DNA of 64,000 nt from NCBI GenBank assembly GCA_042218325.1, contig JBDGRE010000013.1:13630-77629 (forward strand). Reading direction: 5' to 3'. This document shows positions 56,886 to 64,000 of the stretch, in pieces. The notes under the pieces are model-generated. The model was not told the DNA's origin. It did no database searches and saw only the letters and a list, made by a program, of their open reading frames with translations. Numbering within the stretch: position 1 is the first letter of the stretch; each line of letters starts with the position of its first letter. This DNA is from Candidatus Nanohaloarchaea archaeon. GTDB lineage: Archaea; Nanohalarchaeota; Nanosalinia; Nanosalinales; Nanosalinaceae. A program made the position numbers and the translations under genes.

Positions 56886-57869
56886 ATGACAGACTACCCC
56901 TACATGTACGCACGCGTCAGCGCAAAACGGGCGAAGCTGCTCGACACCGGGGACTACGAGAACTTGGTTAAGATGCAGCCGAACGAGATAGCCCGCAATC
57001 TCGAGGAAGGAGACTACCGCGAGGATATCAACGAGCTTGGCGCACGCCATGAAGGGGTAGAACTGGTGGAGCTCGCGCTCAACCGCAACCTTTCACGAAC
57101 ACTCACACATCTTTCCGAGATAGCACCGCCTGAGCTGGAAGAAGTGATAGAGACTTACCTGCGGAAGTACGAGCTGACGAGCCTCAAGCGCCTGCTCAGG
57201 TGGAAGAAATCGGACCGGGATATCGAAATCGAGGACATGCTCGTCACTACCGGGGATATCTGTGGAGAACCTATCGATGAACTGAAGGAGGAAAGCTTCG
57301 AAGAGATACTTGAAGCCATCCGGTTCAAAGACTCGCAGGTCGACTACCGCGACTACATCGAGGACCCGAGCGATCTCCGTGAGATCGAGCATGCGCTGGA
57401 CAGGGCATACTACGACGAACTCGACATCCTCTCGGAAAAGGTCGAGAGCCCCCGGTTCCGTAGCTTCATCAGGAAGGAGCTGGAATACGAGAGCCTCAGC
57501 ACGGCCCTGAGACTAAAAAAATATGGTTACAGCTACGAGCAGATAGAGCCCTACCTCGTCGCCCGGAACGGTTCTTCGCTGGTCGAGGAAGTCGGCCACA
57601 CCGAGGACATCGACAGGGCGCTCGAGATCGTCAAGTCGGAAAAAGATGTTGACGGAGAACGCCTCGAGGACGTCGAGCACGCCCTCGAGGTCCAGAGACT
57701 GGAGAAAGCGCTCACGATGCTCCACACGGAGCCGCTCGGCATAACGTCCATACTTGGTTACATCGTTGCGAAGATAATCGAGGTAAAGAACCTTAGGATG
57801 CTTATCCGGGCGAAACAGACCGGTATCCAAAACCTGGAAACGATCAGGAGCAACCTGGTGACAGCGTAA
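56886..57869 (+). CDS. ahaC: A-type ATP synthase subunit C
   Basis: YPYMYARV...EVKNLR. Confidence 0.93.
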   Translation: MTDYPYMYARVSAKRAKLLDTGDYENLVKMQPNEIARNLEEGDYREDINELGARHEGVELVELALNRNLSRTLTHLSEIAPPELEEVIETYLRKYELTSLKRLLRWKKSDRDIEIEDMLVTTGDICGEPIDELKEESFEEILEAIRFKDSQVDYRDYIEDPSDLREIEHALDRAYYDELDILSEKVESPRFRSFIRKELEYESLSTALRLKKYGYSYEQIEPYLVARNGSSLVEEVGHTEDIDRALEIVKSEKDVDGERLEDVEHALEVQRLEKALTMLHTEPLGITSILGYIVAKIIEVKNLRMLIRAKQTGIQNLETIRSNLVTA

Positions 57870-57870
57870 G

Positions 57871-58182
57871 ATGGTAGACAGGCAAGAGAAGAAAAAGATA
57901 GCCGTTATCGGCGACAGTGACTTCACCGCCGGCTTCAGGCTCGCCGGTATCCAGAAGATATTCGACAAGGAGGACTACGCTAACACCATCCAAGAGCTTG
58001 TCGACCGTGAAGACATCGGTATACTGGTAGCCGAACAGGACGACCTCGAGGAACTACCGGGCCGGATCCGCACGAAGGTCGAGGAATCGGTCGACCCGGT
58101 CGTCGTCCCACTGTCCGAGACCGAAACACAGGGCCAGATAAACGAAAAAATCCGGAAAGTTATCGGAGCAGACATAACTTAA
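57871..58182 (+). CDS. ahaF: A-type ATP synthase subunit F
   Basis: IAVIGD...GFRLAG...IG. Confidence 0.95.
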   Translation: MVDRQEKKKIAVIGDSDFTAGFRLAGIQKIFDKEDYANTIQELVDREDIGILVAEQDDLEELPGRIRTKVEESVDPVVVPLSETETQGQINEKIRKVIGADIT

Positions 58183-58208
58183 CACATACTAAAAGGTGAC
58201 AAACAAAC

Positions 58209-59942
58209 ATGACAGACGGTGAAATTCACAAGGTAACAGGGCCGGTCGTAGTCGCGACCGGCATGAACCCCCAGATGAACGACGTAGTACGCGTCGGTGA
58301 CGAGGGGCTGATGGGAGAAGTCATCCAAATCGAGGGAGAAAAATGCTACATCCAGGTCTACGAGGACACAACAGGCGTCAAACCTGGAGAGCCGGTGGAG
58401 AACACTGAGCAGCCGCTATCCGTGGAACTCGGGCCCGGCCTGCTCGGCTCCATCTATGACGGCCTCCAGAGACCGCTCGAGGTCCTGCAGGAGAAGACCG
58501 GCGACTTCATCGCAAGAGGAGAAGACGCACCTGGAATCAATCCTGACGAGGAGTACGATTTCGAGCCGGTCGTCGAGGAAGGCGACGAGGTAGAGGCAGG
58601 TGAAATACTCGGAGAGGTCGACGTATCCTACGGAACGCACAGGGTCATGCTGCCGCCGCATATGGACGGCGGAGAAGTCGAAACCATAGAATCCGGCTCC
58701 CACTCGGTACGGGAAACCGTCGCCGAGGTCTCAGGACAAGAAATCTCCATGAGGCAGGAATGGCCTATCAGGGAGGACAGGCCGGTCGAGGACGACCTCA
58801 AGCCGGAGATACCTCTCATCACAGGACAGAGAGTGCTCGACGGGCTGTTCCCGATAGCAAAAGGTGGTACCGCAGCGGTACCGGGAGGCTTCGGAACAGG
58901 AAAAACAGTTACACAGCAGTCGCTCGCAAAGTTCTCGGATGCGGACATCATCGTGTACATCGGTTGTGGAGAACGTGGAAACGAGATGACCGAGGTACTC
59001 GAGGAGTTCCCGGAGCTCGAGGACCCGCAGACCGGCGACAAGATAATCAACCGTACAGTACTCATCGCGAACACGTCTAACATGCCTGTAGCCGCACGTG
59101 AAGCCTCGATTTACACAGGCATCACCATCGCGGAGTACTTCCGTGATATGGGACTCGACGTCGCGCTCATGGCGGATTCAACGTCGCGGTGGGCGGAGGC
59201 CATGCGTGAGATATCTGCACGGCTGGAGGAGATGCCTGGAGAGCGTGGATACCCGGCTTACCTGGCGTCGAAGCTGGCCGAGTTCTACGAGAGGGCCGGC
59301 AGGGTCGACCCTCTCGGCGTCGACGACCCTGGAAGCGTCTCCATTATCGGCGCAGTCAGCCCACCGGGCGGAGACTTCTCCGAGCCGGTCACACAGAACA
59401 CGCTGAGAGTCGTCAAGAACTTCTGGGCGCTCGACAAGGACCTCGCGGAGAAGCGGCACTTCCCCGCGATAAACTGGGACGAGTCCTACTCCGGCTACGA
59501 GGAGCTGATGCACGAGTACTTCGGCGAACAGGTCGACCCGGAGTGGGGCGCGAAGATACAGAGGATGAAGGACCTGCTGCAGAAGGACAGCGAGCTCCAG
59601 GAAACAGTCCAGCTCGTCGGGAAGGACGCGCTGCCGGATAGAGAAAGGCTGACGCTGGAGATCGCGACGATGCTGAAGCAGTTCTTCCTGCAGCAGAACG
59701 CGTTCCACGACGTCGACCAGTACTGCCCGCCGGAGAAGACCTTCAAGATACTCGACCTCATCCTGGACTGGGGAGACAACGCGTACGAGGCGCTTGAAGA
59801 CGGCGCGCTCGTGTCTGATATCATCTCGGTCGACTCCCGGAACAGGATTTCCGAAGTCGCGATATCCGAGGACTACGACGAGAAAATCGAGGAAATCCGC
59901 GGCCAGATGGAAGAAGAGTTCGAAAAGGTGGTCGAGCAGTGA
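58209..59942 (+). CDS. ahaA: A-type ATP synthase subunit A
   Basis: [25 protein letters not shown]; no intein. Confidence 0.98.
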   Translation: MTDGEIHKVTGPVVVATGMNPQMNDVVRVGDEGLMGEVIQIEGEKCYIQVYEDTTGVKPGEPVENTEQPLSVELGPGLLGSIYDGLQRPLEVLQEKTGDFIARGEDAPGINPDEEYDFEPVVEEGDEVEAGEILGEVDVSYGTHRVMLPPHMDGGEVETIESGSHSVRETVAEVSGQEISMRQEWPIREDRPVEDDLKPEIPLITGQRVLDGLFPIAKGGTAAVPGGFGTGKTVTQQSLAKFSDADIIVYIGCGERGNEMTEVLEEFPELEDPQTGDKIINRTVLIANTSNMPVAAREASIYTGITIAEYFRDMGLDVALMADSTSRWAEAMREISARLEEMPGERGYPAYLASKLAEFYERAGRVDPLGVDDPGSVSIIGAVSPPGGDFSEPVTQNTLRVVKNFWALDKDLAEKRHFPAINWDESYSGYEELMHEYFGEQVDPEWGAKIQRMKDLLQKDSELQETVQLVGKDALPDRERLTLEIATMLKQFFLQQNAFHDVDQYCPPEKTFKILDLILDWGDNAYEALEDGALVSDIISVDSRNRISEVAISEDYDEKIEEIRGQMEEEFEKVVEQ

Positions 59943-60199
59943 GAGATGTGGATCTGGAGAAGAGGCTGAACGGCCTCCAGTACCTGTCTCACATCGGCCT
60001 TGAGGACTGCTCTGACTACGAAGAAGAACTTGACTCTCTGGAGACGGACATCAGGCTTGAATACGGTTCTCACTGGGCTACCCAGATGTCCGAGAGCCTG
60101 GAGAGAGGGGATTACAGCACAGCCAGGGATCTGGCAGGTTTCCTTGAGGAACGTGACGCGAAAAATTCGGAAGGCTCGTTCATGAAGAGGGCAAGGTGA
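59939..60199 (+). CDS. Unknown 86-aa acidic protein inside the ATP synthase operon
   Basis: GTGA overlap with the ahaA stop; its stop lies in the ahaB RBS (AAGGTGA). Confidence 0.65.
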   Translation: MRDVDLEKRLNGLQYLSHIGLEDCSDYEEELDSLETDIRLEYGSHWATQMSESLERGDYSTARDLAGFLEERDAKNSEGSFMKRAR

Positions 60200-60209
60200 C
60201 AACCATACT

Positions 60210-61592
60210 ATGAAGCAAGAATACCAAACTATCAACGAAGTATCAGGACCACTAGTTTTCGTGGAGAAAACCGAGAACATCGCGTACGGGGACATCGTGG
60301 AGATAGAGACCCCGGAAGGCGACGTCAAGAAGGGTGAGGTGCTCGAGACCTCGAAGGATGTTGTAGTTGTCCAGGTCTACGAGGACACCACAGGTATCGG
60401 CCAGGACGCCCGCGTGCGTTTCCTCGACCAGAACGTCAAGATGCCGGTAACGGAAGATCTACTCGGGCGCATCCTTGACGGCACCGGCGACCCTATCGAC
60501 AACGGCCCTGAAATCATCCCGGATGAGGAACGGGATATCGTAGGGGAGGCTATCAACCCGAGTTCCCGGGAGCTGCCGGAGGACTTCATCCAGACCGGCG
60601 TCTCCACCATCGACGTCATGAACACGCTGGTCCGCGGCCAGAAGCTTCCTATCTTCTCCGGCTCGGGACTGCCGCACAACGAGCTGGCGATGCAGGTCGC
60701 ACGCCAGGCCGACGTCCAGGGCGAGGAAGAGGAGTTCGCAGTCGTCTTCGCCGGCATGGGAATCACGGAGGAAGAAAGCCGTGAGTTCATCGAGGAGTTC
60801 CGGGAGACCGGAGCCCTTGAACGCTCCGTCGTCTTCCTCAACAAGGCGAGCGACCCGGCCCCGGAGCGTATCATCACGCCAAGACTGGCGTTAACGACCG
60901 CGGAGTACCTGGCTTACGACAAGGGATACCAGGTGCTGGTCGTCATGACCGATATGACCAACTACGCCAACGCACTCCGTGAGGTATCGGCGGCGAGAGA
61001 GGAGGTTCCGGGCCGCAGAGGATACCCGGGATACATGTACACCGACCTCGCCAAACTGTACGAGCGCGCAGGCATCATAGAAGGCAGGGAGGGAAGCGTA
61101 ACGCAGCTACCGATACTGACGATGCCTAACGACGACATAACGCACCCGATCCCGGACTTGACCGGGTACATCACGGAGGGCCAGCTGGTAGTCGGGCGTG
61201 AGCTCGACAACAAGGGCATCAAGCCACCTATCAACGTGCTCCCATCCCTGTCCCGGTTGATGGACAACGGTATCGGTGAGGGCTACACCCGCGGCGACCA
61301 CCCGGATGTTTCCGACCAGCTCTACTCGCTGTACGCGGAGGGGCAGGACCTGCGTGACCTCGTCGCTATCGTCGGGGAAGACGCACTGAGCGAAAAGGAC
61401 GAGAAGGTGCTCGAGTTCACAAGACAGTTCGAGCGCGAGTTCATCCAGCAGGGCAGCCACGAGAACCGTAGCATCGAAGATTCACTTGGGATTGCCTGGG
61501 ACCTGCTGGGAATCCTGCCGGAGGACGAGCTCATCCGTATCGACCCGGAAACCCGGGAGAAGTACCTCGATTCCCAGGAGCAGGGTGAGTAA
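60210..61592 (+). CDS. ahaB: A-type ATP synthase subunit B
   Basis: [33 protein letters not shown]. Confidence 0.98.
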   Translation: MKQEYQTINEVSGPLVFVEKTENIAYGDIVEIETPEGDVKKGEVLETSKDVVVVQVYEDTTGIGQDARVRFLDQNVKMPVTEDLLGRILDGTGDPIDNGPEIIPDEERDIVGEAINPSSRELPEDFIQTGVSTIDVMNTLVRGQKLPIFSGSGLPHNELAMQVARQADVQGEEEEFAVVFAGMGITEEESREFIEEFRETGALERSVVFLNKASDPAPERIITPRLALTTAEYLAYDKGYQVLVVMTDMTNYANALREVSAAREEVPGRRGYPGYMYTDLAKLYERAGIIEGREGSVTQLPILTMPNDDITHPIPDLTGYITEGQLVVGRELDNKGIKPPINVLPSLSRLMDNGIGEGYTRGDHPDVSDQLYSLYAEGQDLRDLVAIVGEDALSEKDEKVLEFTRQFEREFIQQGSHENRSIEDSLGIAWDLLGILPEDELIRIDPETREKYLDSQEQGE

Positions 61593-61595
61593 GAG

Positions 61596-62228
61596 ATGGC
61601 CCAGGATGTCAAGCCGACGCGCAGCGAAGAACTCAGGCTGAAGGAACAGATAGAGCTCGCGGAGAACGGCCACGACATCCTGGAGAAGAAGCGTGACGGC
61701 CTCATCCACGAGTTCATGGAGATAGTCGACGAGGCGAAGGAGGTCAACGAGGAGCTCGCGGACCAGTACTCCCGCGCCCGCCTCAAGCTGTTGCTGGCAA
61801 AGATCTACGACGGCGAGGACACCATCAAGGCCAACTCTCTCGCGATAGAAGACGAGCCGGAGATAACTACGGAGACACAGAACATCATGGGAGTCGTGGT
61901 ACCGGAGATATCGTCTGATGAAGATATCAGGACCCGCGTCATGGATCGCGAGTACGGTATCACATCCTCCACCTCCCGCATCGACTCCGCGGCCGACGAG
62001 TACGAGAAACTGCTGGAGCAGATAATCGAAGCCGCGGAAACACAGACGAAGCTGCTGAAGCTGCTCAACGAGATAGAGAAGACCAAGCGCCGTGTCAATG
62101 CGCTGGAGCACAAGGTCATACCCGAGATGAACGAGGCCCTCGACATCGTTTCCCAGTCGCTCGAGGAGTCGGAACGCGAGGAGACCTTCCGCATGAAGAA
62201 GGTTAAGTCTATGTCAAGTTCGGATTAA
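61596..62228 (+). CDS. ahaD: A-type ATP synthase subunit D
   Basis: PTRSE...KKRD...TKRRVNALE. Confidence 0.97.
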   Translation: MAQDVKPTRSEELRLKEQIELAENGHDILEKKRDGLIHEFMEIVDEAKEVNEELADQYSRARLKLLLAKIYDGEDTIKANSLAIEDEPEITTETQNIMGVVVPEISSDEDIRTRVMDREYGITSSTSRIDSAADEYEKLLEQIIEAAETQTKLLKLLNEIEKTKRRVNALEHKVIPEMNEALDIVSQSLEESEREETFRMKKVKSMSSSD

Positions 62229-62305
62229 CCCCTTTCAGAGAGTGTTTACTCCCCCAACATTTTTACCTATTTCCCGAATAAAGATTCTTGATAGGTTCAC
62301 CAACT

Positions 62306-62464
62306 ATGGCAGATGAAGGTAAAAGACGCGTACAATCAAAAGGCGAGATAACCTTGCCCAAAGAATTCCGAGAGGAAAATGACATCTCCCCTGGAGATTA
62401 TATCACTTGGAAACGCCACAGCCGCGACAGCTCAAAACTGATAATCGAAGTAAAGAAAGATTAA
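62306..62464 (+). CDS. AbrB/MazE/SpoVT-family DNA-binding protein (52 aa; not in ORF track)
   Basis: RVQSKGEITLPKEFREENDISPGDYITW. Confidence 0.85.
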   Translation: MADEGKRRVQSKGEITLPKEFREENDISPGDYITWKRHSRDSSKLIIEVKKD

Positions 62465-62722
62465 AACAGAACTATATTTGACAATTTTTTCTTTCACCTT
62501 TTTCTTCTGTTCTTTATCCAAGTCGTATTTCTCAATAATTTTATCCAATTCTTCTTCATCTATCCGGCCTTCAGACCTATTCTCTTCAATTTCTTTCTCT
62601 ATATCTTCAGCTACATCTTCATCCAGATTATTTAGTGCAACTTCTAATGCAGGATGCTGATCGATTGAATCATTTTTCAAATCCTCAGTTTTCTCTAAAT
62701 TATAACTCATAGCAGCAAACAT
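62432..62722 (-). CDS. Hypothetical protein, possibly a fragment
   Basis: Acidic ORF; 3' end overlaps the AbrB gene. Confidence 0.45.
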   Translation of the reverse strand: MFAAMSYNLEKTEDLKNDSIDQHPALEVALNNLDEDVAEDIEKEIEENRSEGRIDEEELDKIIEKYDLDKEQKKKVKEKIVKYSSVLIFLYFDYQF

Positions 62723-62974
62723 ACAGTGGCTTCCTGGTTCTGCGCCGTAATCATGACGGGTAAAGGGAGCGGTTAGATAAACTGTTTTGAAAAGCTGTAT
62801 TCCGGTTGCGGCAGGCGTTTATCCGTCTCTCCGAGATAGGTGGTAGAACTAAGGAGCAGGAAGAAGAACTTGAAGAAGTTAAGAGAAGGATCTGGGAACT
62901 CAAAAAGTCGATAGCTGGAGAAGAAGACCCTCATCCTTTCACCTCGAACCCTGAAGAAATAGAAGGTGAGTTGT

Positions 62975-63385
62975 ATGGCTGAAGAAGATTTGAATTGGGA
63001 AAAAGCTGAATCACGCAGTGATTTGTTTAGCCGGTATTGGTATCATCCTAAAGCCGGAGATATATTGGAAGATATAGATGGAAACAGAAATATCACGTTC
63101 CTCAGCGATAGAAAGTATATCTCGATTTATGCCACTTTTGCAGCGATAAGGAAAGACATCAATGACCTGGTTCAAAGAGTCAACGAACTGGAGAAAGAAA
63201 GTGATACCGGAGGAAGTTTGGAGGAACGTGTCATGGCTTTGGAGGAAAAGCTGCCTAAAACCCGGACAGAGAAAATCCGTTACGACCTGGTAAACACCGA
63301 TAAGAAACAGAAAGAGATAGCAGAACGGTACGGAGTATCTCCAGAGTACGTTTCCAAGGTTAAACGTGAGGCCGGAATCCAATGA
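62975..63385 (+). CDS. Coiled-coil + C-terminal HTH protein
   Basis: AGGTGA RBS; QKEIAERYGVSPEYVSKVK. Confidence 0.75.
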   Translation: MAEEDLNWEKAESRSDLFSRYWYHPKAGDILEDIDGNRNITFLSDRKYISIYATFAAIRKDINDLVQRVNELEKESDTGGSLEERVMALEEKLPKTRTEKIRYDLVNTDKKQKEIAERYGVSPEYVSKVKREAGIQ

Positions 63386-63870
63386 ATCGAGAACATGACC
63401 GGAACTACAGCATCATGGTTAAGGTCCGTAATGAAGACCCATACCTGCCTCCAAGTAGGCATCTCGATACAATGGAGCTGCCGAAAGGAGAAAGGAACCC
63501 GGTAGAGGATGAAAAGGAATTGGTTTCACTGCTCTACTTGGTGTATAAACGGGAGATGAAGGTAAGTTTGCAGGTGAGTAGGGGCGGGTTCAAAACCTGT
63601 TATCGTGGATTGATAGACCCTGTTTTCAGGAAGACGCGGAGAGGGGGAAAGAGACTGCGTTTTGTCAGGTTCAAATCGTTTGAAGAGTCACTGGAGTATT
63701 ATCTCGGCATCGAACCTGTCCACCCCACAACAGAGAAGGATAATCGCTGGATTAAGATAGAAGATCCGGAGAGTTTGGTTCCCTCAAAGTTCTTGGAAGA
63801 GAAAAGGGAAGAGTTCCAAGACTACCAGGAAGGTTCTCGGCATCGAGTAAATGAAAAAGAAAGATTTTGA
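63382..63870 (+). CDS. Hypothetical protein
   Basis: ATGA overlap with the upstream HTH gene. Confidence 0.6.
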   Translation: MNREHDRNYSIMVKVRNEDPYLPPSRHLDTMELPKGERNPVEDEKELVSLLYLVYKREMKVSLQVSRGGFKTCYRGLIDPVFRKTRRGGKRLRFVRFKSFEESLEYYLGIEPVHPTTEKDNRWIKIEDPESLVPSKFLEEKREEFQDYQEGSRHRVNEKERF

Positions 63871-63884
63871 GGTATTATCAGGAT

Positions 63885-64000
63885 TCCGGTTCAAATCCGC
63901 GACCTGCCAATTGCATATCTCCAGATTTCATAGGGATGCGGGAAATGCCGAGAAACTTTTCAAGTGGTTGAATTATATTACCGCGTTATTTTTGCAAATT
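63885..64000 (+). repeat. tRNA-3'-like repeat, long copy (may continue beyond window)
   Basis: CCGGTTCAAATCCGCGACCTGCCA followed by about 90 bp matching 49124-49214. Confidence 0.9.

Larger units (their letters stand above)
62230..64000. mobile_element. AT-rich virus/plasmid-like remnant ending in the tRNA-3'-like repeat
   Basis: Composition shift; AbrB and HTH regulators; orphan ORFs. Confidence 0.55.

Noticed and set aside
63860-63910. Intact tRNA gene at the GGTTCAAATCC motif
   Set aside because: No 5' half (D-arm or anticodon arm) upstream and the T-stem is mismatched; treated as a fragment. No BHB or leader evidence for a split tRNA

Overview
Archaeal chromosome segment, most consistent with a nanohaloarchaeon (DPANN). 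This is an inference from the strongly acidic proteome, the compact genes and the GGTGA ribosome-binding sites. The GC-rich core carries information-processing genes: cdc6/orc1, MCM, RPA, DNA ligase, TBP, TFB, histone, aIF2-beta, aIF5A, L15e/L37e/S8e, RNase P proteins, CCA, Elp3 and Trm1. It also carries oapABC and a complete A1Ao ATP synthase operon with an unknown ORF between ahaA and ahaB. Three tRNA genes (Thr-UGU, Ile-GAU, Lys-UUU) all have BHB introns (77, 135 and 58 nt) built from hairpins that resemble intergenic palindromic elements elsewhere in the window. There are four AT-rich accessory regions. (1) An integrase element at tRNA-Thr with a nucleotide-degrading gene set. (2) An island at tRNA-Ile bounded by an 11-bp direct repeat. 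(3) A 49.0-52.1 kb array of one- or two-gene, mostly decaying cassettes separated by degenerate tRNA-3'-end-like repeats. (4) A terminal mobile remnant ending in an 88%-identical 111-bp copy of that repeat. All calls are from manual reading of motifs; no database searches were run.
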